A stretch of DNA of 64,000 nt, from contig NW_025767290.1 of the NCBI RefSeq assembly GCF_003918875.1, forward strand, positions 1,612,001-1,676,000, read 5' to 3'. Origin of the DNA: Haliotis rubra. Its lineage: Eukaryota. Each line of letters starts with the position of its first letter. Within the stretch, counting starts at the first letter, position 1. The notes beneath the pieces are model-generated. The model searched no databases. It worked only from the letters and a program-made list of their open reading frames with translations, and was not told the origin of the DNA. A program made the translations under genes and the position numbers. Of this stretch, positions 1 through 11,914 are shown piece by piece.

Positions 1-844
1 CACTCACTGTAACTGTTGCAGATAATGTTGGAGGGAAGCCCAAAGTAGCACAGAGAGGCTATGGTATTGGGAATTATCAGAAATCAGTTCACCCTGGATG
101 TAGAACTAGCCCTGAAGTGATGAGGTGATCTTACCTCCATTTCAACAGATTCCATTTATTTTTCCAACTTCATGGTTGATAAACAATTTCTTTGTAATTT
201 TCAATAATGAATCGTATTTGTACAGGTTTACGTGTACAGACTGAAAGGCTGGTGACTGCAGATGAGAATCGACTGGGACAACAATTCTATGATGTCATCA
301 CACACATAAAATAACCCATCCAAACACGCTGTTGGATCATAGATCATAAACATTTTAAATTTAATTTAGGACCACGAATTGAATTTATTCTCACATGAGG
401 ATAATTTTATCTAGAACAAATATTAAAACACACATTTCTGAATCAAAAAAGTAATATATAAGGTATTGAACCATTTCGGTAGCCCTTATCCAATGAGTTG
501 GGAATGGAAGTAGGGAAGCCTATCTTTAAGCCTGAAAATCAATTTTGTTTGTCATCTCTGTTCGGCAGGATTTAGGTGGCTCAATTTGAACGCTCTTACC
601 GAATTTCATTCTCATCATCTCTAAATGGTGCCTACTAAATCGTATTGGACGAGATAGTTTCCCTTTGCTTGGCAGAGTTATTACATTATCTGATGATCCA
701 AGCTCTTCTGTGACATAAATCTTTGAACTGTGACCTGTGAGCAAACATATAATGGAGGATGGTTTAATTTTTCATCAGTCTGGTATGGAAAAGGGAAATA
801 TTGACTACTTGAGTTTATCTGCTGATCTCTTTATATAAAGTGAT

Positions 845-2846
845 CTGATCATCATGGGAGAGAGTCAGATTATCACTTATAGAATGGGACAAAGTCAGAT
901 TATCACTTATAACATGGGAGAGAGTCAGATCATCACTTATAACATGGGGGAGTCAGATCATCAATTATAGAATGGGATATAGTCAGATCATCACTTATCA
1001 GATGGGATATAGTCAGATCATCACTTATCAGATGGGAGAGAGTCAGATCATCAATTATAACATGGGGGAGTCAGATCATCACTTATAACATGGGGGAGTC
1101 AGATCATCACTTATAACAAGGGAGAGAATCAGATCATCGCTTATAACATGGGGGAGTCAGATCATCACTTATAACATGGGATATAGTCAGATCATCACTT
1201 ATCAGATGGGGCATAGTCAGATCATCAATTATAAAATGGGGGAGTCAGATCATCACTTATAACATGGGAGAGAGTCAGATCATCACTTATAACATGGGAG
1301 AGAGTCAGATCATCACTTATGAAATGGGAGAGTGTCAGATCATCACTTATAACATGGGATATAGTCAGATCATCACTTATAACATGGGAGAGAGTCAGAT
1401 CATCACTTATGAAATGGGAGAGAGACAGATCATCACTTATAACATGGGGGAGTCAGATCATCACTTATAACATGGGAGAGAGTCAGATAATCACTTGTAA
1501 CAAGGGATATAGTCAGATCATCACTTATAACATGGGAGAGAGTCAGATCATCACTTATAACATGGGAGAGAGTCAGATAATCACTTATAACATGGGAGAG
1601 AGTCAGATCATCACTTATTAGATGGGGGAGAATCAGATCATCACTTATAACATGGGATATAATCAGATCATCACTTATAAAATGGGGGAGTCAGATCATC
1701 TCTTATAACATGGGAGAGAGTCAGATCATCACTTATAACATGGGAGAGAGTCAGATCATCACTTATGAAATGGGAGAGTGTCAGATCATCACTTATAAAA
1801 TGGGATATAGTCAGATCATCACTTATAACATGGGAGAGAGTCAGATCATCACTTATGAAATGGGAGAGAGACAGATCATCACTTATAACATGGGGGAGTC
1901 AGATCATCACTTATAACATGGGAGAGAGTCAGATAATCACTTGTAACAAGGGATATAGTCAGATCATCACTTATAACATGGGAGAGAGTCAGATCATCAC
2001 TTATAACATGGGAGAGAGTCAGATAATCACTTATAACATGGGAGAGAGTCAGATCATCACTTATTAGATGGGGGAGAATCAGATCATCACTTATAACATG
2101 GGATATAATCAGATCATCACTTATAACATGGGGGAGAGTCAGATCATCTCTTATAACATGGGGGAGAGTCAGATCATCACTTATAAGATGGGATATAGTC
2201 AGATCATCACTTATAACATGGGGTATAGTCAGATCATCACTTATAACATGGGGTTTAGTCAGATCATCACTTATAAGATGGGATATAGTCAGATCATCAC
2301 TTATAACATGGGATATAGTCAGATCATCACTTATAAAATGGGAGAGAGTCAGATCATCACTTATCAGATGGGATAAAGTCAGATCATCACTTATAGAATG
2401 GGACAAAGTCAGATTATCACTTATAACATGGGGAGTCAGATCATCACTTATAACATGGGAGAGAGTCAGATCATCACTTATAACATGGGGGAGTCAGATC
2501 ATCAATTATCAGATGGGATATAGTCAGATCATCACTTATCAGATGGGAGAGAGTCAGATCATCACTTATCAGATGGGAGAGAGTCAGATCATCACTTATA
2601 ACATGGGGGAGTCAGATCATCACTTATAACAAGGGAGAGAGTCAGATCATCGCTTATAACATGGGGGAGTCAGATCATCACTTATAACATGGGATATAGT
2701 CAGATCATCACTTATCAGATGGGGCATAGTCAGATCATCACTTATAAAATGGGGGAGTCAGATCATCACTTATAACATGGGAGAGAGTCAGATAATCACT
2801 TATAACATGGGAGAGAGTCAGATCATCACTTATGAAATGGGATATA
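845..2846. repeat. 30-bp minisatellite, left arm (consensus AGTCAGATCATCACTTATAACATGGGAGAG), ~67 units with 29-bp variants
   Basis: Tandem periodicity is directly visible. It ends at the TA target site of a DNA transposon. The MGESQIITYN ORFs are by-products. Confidence 0.97.
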
Positions 2847-3656
2847 CAGTGAAGCCCCGTTAGTCCGGACTCAGATAATCTGGAAGTCTCGCCTCCCGGG
2901 CGATTTCAGCTTGTTACCAATCTATGCCTATATAATTTGCCTTGATAATCCGGAAATTCGGTTTCCGGAACCGGACGGTAAGTAGCTGTCACCAATCAGT
3001 AAAATAAACAGTAAATTGCTTCACAGTCCGGACGCTGTAAGTCGTGTTCACGAACCGTAACAACACCGCCCGGCGATGTTTACTTAATTAACTGGCCAAC
3101 TGGGTTGTTGTTTTAATTAGACATAAAAAGCTCCCGACTGAAGATACTGTACATTTACACTTTGATTGACACCACAATACAAAGGCGTGGATGACAAGTG
3201 AACTGTTTTGTGATTGGTTAATGTACTTTGACAGACAGATCCGGTCACGTGGACTAAAAGTGATTTTGCTTTACGACAATGCTGTAAGTCACAAGTGTGC
3301 TTCGCTAACTTTGCGAAATGTGACCAAATACCACGTCTCATATTCAACCGATGGATGCAGGAATAATTCGGACATTCAAGGCATACTACAATAGATCGCT
3401 TGTTAGACATTACCTCACCTGTGCTGAGGAAGGACGTGATCAGACACGTCGGATCAACATGCGGATGTCACTCGGTAAAATTATTGATGTGATGAATTAA
3501 GCTTTACATTAAATGTTTATTTGTTTTATCCAGATTCGTGTCATTTTTGTAATTCTTAGGGAAGCAACTTGGGTCTTGATTCAGTAGTCCGGACTATTCG
3601 CAATCCGGACGAATTTACTGAGAAATGCAACCGTCCGGATTAGCGAGGCTTCACTG
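2847..3656 (+). mobile_element. Internally deleted pogo/Tigger-like (Tc1/mariner superfamily) DNA transposon inserted in the minisatellite
   Basis: 24-bp TIRs CAGTGAAGCCCCGTTAGTCCGGAC vs revcomp CAGTGAAGCCTCGCTAATCCGGAC (3 mismatches). TA duplication at 2845-2846 and 3657-3658; removing the element restores the repeat unit GGGATATAGTCAGATC. Contains a DDE_1-like coding remnant. Confidence 0.95.
3173..3416 (+). pseudogene. Frameshifted fragment of a pogo/Tigger DDE_1 transposase catalytic domain
   Basis: Frame 1 reads HNTKAWMTSELFCDWLMYFDRQIRSRGLKVILLYDNAVSH. After a deletion/frameshift, 3324 onward reads PNTTSHIQPMDAGIIRTFKAYYNRSLVRHYL. These match the AWMT..F..W, DN..H and PNTT..QP.D.GII..FK..Y motifs of Tigger/CENP-B-type transposases. 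Confidence 0.92.
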
Positions 3657-4322
3657 TAGTCAGATCATCACTAATAAAATGGAACATGGGATAAAGTCAC
3701 ATCATCACTTTTAACGTGGGATATAGTCAGATCATCTCTTATAACATAGGAGAGAGTCAGATCATCTCTTATAACATGGGAGAGAGTCAGATCATCTCTT
3801 ATAACATAGGAGAGAGTCAGATCATCACTTATAACATGGGAGAGAGTCAGATCATCTCTTATAACATGGGAGAGAGTCAGATCATCACTTATAACATGGG
3901 AGAGAGTCAGATCATCACTTATAACATGGGAGAGAGTCAGATCATCTCTTATAACATAGGAGAGAGTCAGATCATCACTTATAACATGGGAGAGAGTCAG
4001 ATCATCTCTTATAACATAGGAGAGAGTCAGATCATCTCTTATAACATAGGAGAGAGTCAGATCATCACTTATAACATGGGAGAGAGTCAGATCATCACTT
4101 ATAACATGGGAGAGAGTCAGATCATCACTTATAACATGGGAGAGAGTCAGATCATCACTTATAACATAGGAGAGAGTCAGATCATCACTTATAACATGGG
4201 AGAGAGTCAGATCATCACTTATAACATGGGAGAGAGTCAGATCATCACTTATAACATGGGAGAGAGTCAGATCATAACGTATAACATGGGAGAGAGTCAG
4301 ATCATCACTTTTAACATGGGAT
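3657..4322. repeat. 30-bp minisatellite, right arm (~21 units, more homogeneous)
   Basis: Same unit as 845-2846, in exact 30-bp phase from 3721 to 4320. Confidence 0.97.
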
Positions 4323-5372
4323 CGAAAGAGGAAGTATCTTTAAAAGTGAAATAAACTTTTAAAAAGCATCCCCAAATTGATGCAAAATAAGATAGTATCT
4401 CATCAGGCATCTAATTGCCATCATGTACAGTCATGAGAAAAACAACAGAAAAAAAATCATTAACACCAGCAAATGAAGGAATTTTCCAGATGAAAAGACA
4501 CTTATCACCGCTAATCATTGCTGACACACTAAACACAACACCTAATCAAGCACCTAATAAACCAAATCATTCACAAAAACATCCAGCAACAATAACTCGC
4601 AGTGGCCATACCTCACTACAAAGACAAAATGTGTCCTTGCTCTCCACTAATAATGCTTATAATTGTCACAACACCTGCTAACGAGAAAACGGTTAAGACC
4701 ACGCCAAGGTGTGTGCAAATATACACTGCCTCATACCAGGTAGGCCAGACTCCCTGTAGGAGCTCGTCTGTCTCGGTGGTTATTTATTTCTACTAACTGG
4801 CCACAGAAGACCGTAAGAATCAATAGATTATCTTAATGGCGAGAAAATGACCAGTTCCTGGAGTGGTAGGCCATCAAGTCATTTATCAGCCTGTCAACTT
4901 AGGGCCAGCTTCGTCATACACGCCATGGCCGAAATGCCAGAATCGATGACAAACTAATATCTCACAAAACATCCTCTTGATCAAAGCAGGAGGTAACATG
5001 ATACTCAATCTTCTTAAAAACGTTAAAAAATTATAAATTCCACAAGAGGATAAATAACGGCCAAGGACTAAATGAATCCAGCTGGAGTGACCTACAGGGT
5101 TTTGCCAGGAAATAATCACTACATTCCCTCAAGGTCAGGGGGACCAGAGAGAGGCAGGAACTCATTACTTCTAGTTGAACACGCACATTCTAAGAATGGC
5201 TACAAGTCGTTTAAAATCAACATGACATTTCAAGGTTAGATTTAACAGGGTCCAAACCAAATTATACAGAGTATGCATGTTGTTTCCTCCGAATGGGTCT
5301 TAAAAGCTATTTAAATTTGAATGATATTTTTTGAAAGGGGTATAGGATGGGTTAATGGTGGGTGTTGTTTTG

Positions 5373-5577
5373 GGTGTGTGTGTGTGTGTGTGTGTGTGTC
5401 AGGATGTGGTTGGTGGGTGCAAGATATATTTAGAGTAGACATATGGGGAATGGAGAAGAGAAAGGCGAAGGGGAAAAGATAGAGGGGAATAGAAGAGAGT
5501 GGGGGAAAGGAAAAAAAGACAGGGGGATTGGGGAGGAGAGATTATAAAAGGGAGGAGAGAAGAGAGAGGGGAAGGAA
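5373..5577. repeat. (GT)n microsatellite followed by a purine-rich (GA-rich) tract
   Basis: (GT)~13 at 5373-5399, then near-exclusive A/G sequence at about 5444-5577. Confidence 0.85.
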
Positions 5578-6624
5578 TATATTTACACATTCAATTGAAT
5601 TTCATGACATACATCTCCACATTATTCCAGCAATCCTATCCGATCTTCTCCATCATTAAGTACCACCTTTAGACATATACCTTCAATTTACCAGAGCATC
5701 TCCACACATCAGTCCCCCCTTAAGGCATTTAGCCCTCAATCCCCACATCTACCAGCTCCCATGTTATATATAGCCCCCCTCTGAATCCACTTGGAGGTCA
5801 GCCAAGAACCAGTGATGGAAACAACACCCAAAGTATCTCGTTCTGGTTCTGATTGTATTGTCTAATACTCACAATACCGAAACATATCTGAAGATCCCCA
5901 ACAGGACCACAAGGAGAGTGTACAACCCAAGGAAACTTTCTCATTAATTTACATCATTTTACACACCATTTGCCACAAGCATCATTTCCTAAGATCACAG
6001 CACAACAGAATTGTTAACATTTATACCATAACACCGCTGCATATTTCTCAGATTTCAAACAGAAATATCCTAACCTAAAATTGGCTTCCTTCATTTTGAA
6101 AGTAATGTCATAATTTTTATGTATTTTTAAGTGATTAATTTTCATTTCAAACTATGCATATCCATTGCAAAAGATTCAAAGGCAAATTATCTCATTTATT
6201 TCATCCATATCAGTAAACAGAATGAATAGAGAAGGAAAGTCTCACAGTTTGAAATGGAGGAAAATAAGCAAGTGCAATTATCCATCAAAACCGATTCTAT
6301 TTGGCTAAATAGCAGTGAAAATGATATGACTGGGTCAGTGGAAATTGCTGAAGACATCAGGTATTCATGGACAGGTTAAACAAGTGCAAGGATATTACTT
6401 TAACAGAAACCCTGAGGTTACATAATGATATTTCACAATTTTCCCTTCTAATTTCTCATTGTTATATCACATCATTGACATCAATTTGCTAATTGTGACT
6501 TATTATTCATCATTACATATAATTTTGTGTTTCTCATTTCATATTTATTAGGACTTCTCCGTTAGTCAGAAAGAAAATATGAAAAAAAAAAAAAAAATTA
6601 AAACAGACTGTTTCCTATTCATTA

Positions 6625-6775
6625 AGAGTGAATGAGCTCTTACCAATATTCCAGAAATACCAGGGTGGGGAACGAAATAACTGAGCTTCACACATTGCCA
6701 CCATATGGGGAATCAAACCTGTACGTTGGCTTTATGAGCAAAAAACCCAACCACTAGGCTATCATACCAGCACCT
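6625..6775 (-). mobile_element. Old, degenerate SINE-A copy
   Basis: AATATTCCAG, GCTTCACACATTG, GGGGAATCAAACC and AACCACTAGGCTA blocks occur in the order seen in intact copies. Confidence 0.75.
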
Positions 6776-7214
6776 GTTGTTAAGATGTGCAAACATTGAC
6801 ATTTACATTATTATTTCATCAGCCGTTAGTGTTATTGAAGTGAGAGGTTTAAGGATGACAAAAATACCCAGATGGTTCAAAAGATGGAAAAAAACAAAGA
6901 AACAGCAATTACCCTATTTCAGTAATTTTCCTTGGCAGAGGAACGGATGCAAGTATTTGACAACATTTTGTCATATTCAGGAAGAATTTTGAAATAAGAA
7001 CAAACAGAAAAATATCTTTGGTCTAGTGAGATTAGAAAGAATTCTAAAAGTTCATAATAACTTGAAAGAGGTTAAATAACACCTGTTTTTTTCATATGTC
7101 TACAGTTAACCAGCATGTCAAAGAAGTTAACATAACACCTGATTTCTTCATTAACTTCTTTTACGTAATATGTAAGTTTTAACATGTAGTTATACATTGC
7201 ATGCTAATCAGTAT

Positions 7215-8360
7215 CTACCTTGACCACTTGAAACGTCTCTGAGCGAGACCAGAAAGAGCCGGACGTTTAACTCTGCGATGTCCGTCTAAAATGGAGCTGT
7301 CTCCTGTCCCGAAGGAGAAGTTGGAATCACTGGTCATCTCCACCAGTGTGTTGGACAATGACCGCTGGGCAATCATGGTGTCACAGTGTCGATGTCTACC
7401 GCCAGCAGTTAGTGACGAAACATGTGACCCAGCAATCGCAGACTTGACTTGTAGATGGTTCCTGGAATATGTTCTGCTTGATGAGGAAGCTGTTTCTACC
7501 TTTAACTGTTCTGCATGTTCTGAATAATGCTCTGCATGATGCTCTGAATGCTTTGAATATTGCTCTGCATGTAATCCAGACGAGATGACAGATGACTCTA
7601 TATGTTCTCCGTCACAAACAGCCACCTCAACATGCTGCTCTTCATGGTGTCCTGCGGCAGATATTGACTCACTGCCATCTCTTATCTCAAACTGTTCTGC
7701 GTGACACTCTAAGGCTGTTGACACTGACGATGATTCTAAACAACCATCTTTGACATTAAACTGGTGTTGTTCTACATGCCTCCCAGCAATCACACCACCG
7801 GACACTGTCCCTATAGACTCGCCACCTTCTATATAACCATGGTGTTGACCGAGACCCCTGGTCAAGAACTTCTTCCGTATGTCCTCCTTGACCACCTGTG
7901 ATCCACTGAGAGACTCCCCAACCACCTGTGTCTCTGCTGCCCCACTCAGCAATCCAGAATGACCACTTTCACATTCTGTGACACTTCTCTCAATATGCTT
8001 TTTTGAAAAGACACCACATCCAATTTTACGATCTAAGAGATTCCCAAGGGTAGACTTCGCACTCCTTAATCGCAGGTTTTCACCTGATGCTGTCTGTGAA
8101 CAACCACCAGACCTCCTGTCCAGTAAACTCGAAGACTTGTCTCCTTGACCGTCGCTCTGGTCACCTGGCAGCAGCACCCTACCAGACACACCCTCAGACG
8201 CCAAATTAGATGTCACAGAAACAGTGGACACTTGACCGCGTCTGCTTCTCGCAATCTCCCTTTGTGTTGCAGCATGGGACACAATGTCCCTCTCCACCTG
8301 TCTCGGGGCAGAACCTCCTCCAAGCTTCTCCTGTAGCTTTATATCACTGAACCGGTCCAT
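7215..8360 (-). CDS. Orphan 381-aa ORF, Ser/Gly/Glu/His-rich and probably disordered; possibly a retroelement ORF1/gag-like ORF or a large exon
   Basis: Longest non-repeat ORF in the window. ATG in caagATGG context, GC higher than the flanks, degenerate internal repeats (ES....G.H.EQ), basic C-terminus (RRVKRP...RRFKWSR). No domain recognised. Confidence 0.45.
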   Translation of the reverse strand: MDRFSDIKLQEKLGGGSAPRQVERDIVSHAATQREIARSRRGQVSTVSVTSNLASEGVSGRVLLPGDQSDGQGDKSSSLLDRRSGGCSQTASGENLRLRSAKSTLGNLLDRKIGCGVFSKKHIERSVTECESGHSGLLSGAAETQVVGESLSGSQVVKEDIRKKFLTRGLGQHHGYIEGGESIGTVSGGVIAGRHVEQHQFNVKDGCLESSSVSTALECHAEQFEIRDGSESISAAGHHEEQHVEVAVCDGEHIESSVISSGLHAEQYSKHSEHHAEHYSEHAEQLKVETASSSSRTYSRNHLQVKSAIAGSHVSSLTAGGRHRHCDTMIAQRSLSNTLVEMTSDSNFSFGTGDSSILDGHRRVKRPALSGLAQRRFKWSR

Positions 8361-9394
8361 CTTGATAATTGCTGTCAGCTCCAGCTAAGCTACTCAGGAG
8401 AACAATACGGTCTTATGCTCCTACCTTGCTATCATTTGATTTACAAACTTGCCGTCTGACCTTTCCTGTTAATAGCCAAATCACAGACACAAAATACACC
8501 TCGCTACACGGAAACAGCTAAAATAATCTCCGCACAAGTCACAAGTTCAGGGCAGTTGTGGGCTTGTAAGTTCCAAGTTGTAGACTCTGACCAAATTTCA
8601 GATTTAACCCACAGCTTACAGCGGGCATAGGTGTTCTTCCTGGCTTATATTTACGGCTTTATCGCCAGCTGGCTGCGGCTTGGCAAATGTCAGCCTATAT
8701 GTTTGCACTCAACACATACCCCTGCATGCTCAACCTATAAACAACATCAGTGCTGGGTCTAATCTGACATTTAATATGGTCTCCTAGCAATAAACCAATG
8801 TCTATCGATATCCTGTTACAAAACAAGAAATGACCAAAAAACCACATAAATCCACAAGAGATTAGATTTAACCACACTGACATTAATAACAAATAAAATA
8901 AAAAGAAACATCTGCGTGTTCATACTTTTGTTAATTCAACTACAATAGGATTAATAATGAAATAATTAGTAATTATAATAGTAAACCCTGTTTAGTTTTT
9001 TTTAACACAAAACTAAATTAATTTTTATAAAAAATTGTCAAATTTTAAAACAAATTTAAAGCACTTTATGACATTAAGATACCATCCTTCAAAATGATAG
9101 TTTGAAATTGTGTAACATCCTGACAACAAAGACAGTAATTATCGTGGTATAGTTAAATAAGAGAGTCTTTTTGCATTGCTCTACTGCGCTTGTTTACCAC
9201 TCGCGTACAAGTTATGCTATACATCCATCAGGTAGAGGCAACACGTGGTAGAGAGTGACACAGATTGCGACACCTTCTCTCCAAGACATGTGGAGCTCAT
9301 CAACACATAATCAACACACAATCGGCAGCATACAGTGCCGTACAGCGTACAGTGGCCTGACCTAGTGATGCCAGCGATAAATACAAGGCCTGGG

Positions 9395-9496
9395 GAACAT
9401 TGGAAATCTAGACTTGCTTCATTTTGGGTTTTAACATATTGCAGAAAGGGATGGGCTGAAGGAAAAGTAATGTAGTTATGGGAGTGAGACAGACTA
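9395..9496 (-). mobile_element. Diverged partial copy of the dispersed 'TAGTCT' element that seeds the 62-bp satellite
   Basis: GGAAATCTAGACTTGCTTC...GGGCTGAAGGAAAAGTAATGT...GTGAGACAGACTA is the reverse complement of one satellite unit plus its 3' flank (31278-31315). Confidence 0.8.
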
Positions 9497-9557
9497 GGCT
9501 CCTTTCAAACAGTTCTTGGTTGGAAATCCATGCTGAGATTTATTGCGAACAATAACA

Positions 9558-9718
9558 CTGACTGAGTTTGGTTTTCACCGCTTTTAGCAATATTCCAGCA
9601 ACATCACGGCAGGGGACACCAGAAATGGGCTTCACACATTGTACCCATGTGGGGATTCGAACCTGGGTATTCGGCGTGATGAGCCAACGCTTTAACCACT
9701 AGGCTACCCCACCGCCCC
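9558..9718 (-). mobile_element. SINE-A (tRNA-derived, ~165 bp), (CAGT)n-tail subfamily
   Basis: On the - strand: GGGGCGGTGGGGTAGCCTAGTGG (A box) ... GGTTCGAATCC (B box) ... GCTGGAATATTGCTAAAAGCGG...AAACTCAGTCAG. TSD TGCGAACAATAACA at 9544-9557 and 9719-9732. Confidence 0.95.
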
Positions 9719-10609
9719 TGCGAACAATAACAATAATAATTATCATACTAAGAAGGAGAAGAATGGTGTAAAATATGACCACAAAAATTATGCCGATATT
9801 CTGATGGTTATAATACATGATGACGATGCCAGCAATGATGATGATGATAAATAACAAAACTAGTTTCATCTCTCCATCTGAATCTGTAAGTTGTCACTTA
9901 ATACATTTTCACCATACCAGCAGCTCAAGCATCACACAAAATACTAAGGCTAAAAATACTAAATTAATTATATGATGTCACACACTTATCTGAAGTGATG
10001 AGGCAATATCGTAGGAATCATTAAGGAGGAGGATGGTGATGTTTTTAAATTATCACTCTCTGACCAGCTGTTCCACCGGGACCAGCTGATGGGAGATTGT
10101 CGGTGACCTCATCACACTGCCTAATGGATACATATGCAAGCCCAGTTTCTTCCTCATTTCCCATGGGAGAGTGCAATTCCAAAGATAATATTCCCACCAT
10201 AATATGTTCCTCTGGACTCTACAGGATGGGTTTGAATGAGGTAATTGACATTTGTCTTCAAGGAGAAAGTTAATGCTACACCAACCCCCGAATCTCAAGC
10301 ATTAAGCAAGCCGTTGTCTTTACACGACAAATGAATCACATCCGGAGTCTGCACTTCAGATTGAATGAATGGACACAGATTAATGACGTTGTCGCTCATC
10401 TTTCATAGAGTGTCAACTAAGGTCCATGCAATTGGGGTACAATGTCAAAGTGTTGGGAAACAGTTTCCCTTTAACAATCTCAAAGCTTGGGCCATCAGCA
10501 AAGATGTGTACTGGTACAATGTGAACCTGAGGCAACCTACTACAGCTAGGTTCTGCTCAACAAAACAATTTTAGCACTATTAATATCAACCATACACAAC
10601 CATTCTCAA

Positions 10610-11201
10610 CCATTATCGATATTGTCAACCATTACCACTATAACTGTCAACCATTACTGCTACATCTGTCAACCATTACCACTATAACTGTCAAGCATTG
10701 CTTCTATATCTGTCAAGCATTACTTCTATATCTGTCAACCATTACCACTATAACTGTCAAGCCTTACTGCTACATCCGTCAACCATTACCATTATAACCG
10801 TCAACATTACCACTATAACTGTCAACCATTATCAATATAACTGTCAACCATTACCGCTATATCTGTCAACCATTACCGCTATGTCTGTCAACCATTACCG
10901 CTATATCTGTCAACCAGTACTGCTACATCTGTCAACCATTACCGCTATATCTGTCAACCAATTACCGCTATGTCTGTCAAGCATTACTTCTTTATCTGTC
11001 AACCATTACCACTATAACTGTCAATCATTACTGCTACATCTGTCAATCATTACCATTATAACCGTCAAACATTACCACTATATCTGTCAACCATTACTTC
11101 TATATCTGATAACCATTACTTCAATAACTGTCAATCATTACCATTATAACTGGAAACCATTACCACTATAACTGGAAACCATTACTGCTTTTTCTGTCAA
11201 C
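10610..11201. repeat. Degenerate ~22-bp minisatellite (CTGTCAACCATTACCACTATAA-like)
   Basis: TGTCAACCATTAC recurs about every 22 bp. ORF 10698-11171 is its translation. Confidence 0.9.
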
Positions 11202-11914
11202 CAAGTTCCAAGCATTGATACAATGTTAACCCATTGAAAAACTACCAGCAGGACTCTTAGAAACAAAGTTCCCTAGTTCTGTGATCAGCCAAACATAAGT
11301 AGACAATTCTGGATGTTATACAGCTCTCAATCTACTGATTGAAAGTTTCAGCATAGAAATAATTCCTCAGGAAATTGAAAACACTTTTAGTCAAAACAGT
11401 TTCATGAGAAATGGAGATGACAGGGAGTGAAAAGAAGCACTGCTATCCCCCGAGAAACCTAAGAACATGAATAATTCCTGTGATACATTTGTCAGAATGA
11501 ACAACCCTAAACAGAGTTCAAAGAGAAGCTGTACACATAAAATGTGCACGCTTCACGCAGAAGAAAAACATAGTCCACTTTCGTTGATTTACATACAGTT
11601 GTGGCTGGAGTTGCGACTCCTGACTCGGGGCTGGTGGAGTTCCTGCTGCACCGAAGGACCCATCCACAGAGTGTTTGATAACATTAACAATTGCCCTAAT
11701 TGTATTTATTACGGGTAATGGCTTCAGCAAATGACACACAGAAGCCCTGATGGTTGCAGATGTTGCCTGACCTGTACTGACCAACTGATTTGTGGATTAC
11801 AAGGTCAGTCTGCCACCCAAAACTCATCATCGATTGGACAATCTGGTAAGAAGAAGGGAGTCTGGAATTCTTGTGAGATGGTTTAGTTGTTCTAGAGCAC
11901 AAGCACCTGTTTTG

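Noticed and set aside
1264-4354. ORFs of (MGESQIITYN)n and the antisense (SHVISDDLTL)n as repeat proteins
   Set aside because: They are translations of a stop-poor 30-bp unit. The frame is broken by 29-bp units, stops and a transposon, and there is no signal peptide or unique domain.
4415-5160. Possible continuation (pol) of the 7215-8360 ORF
   Set aside because: I recognised no RT, RNase H, endonuclease or recombinase motifs.
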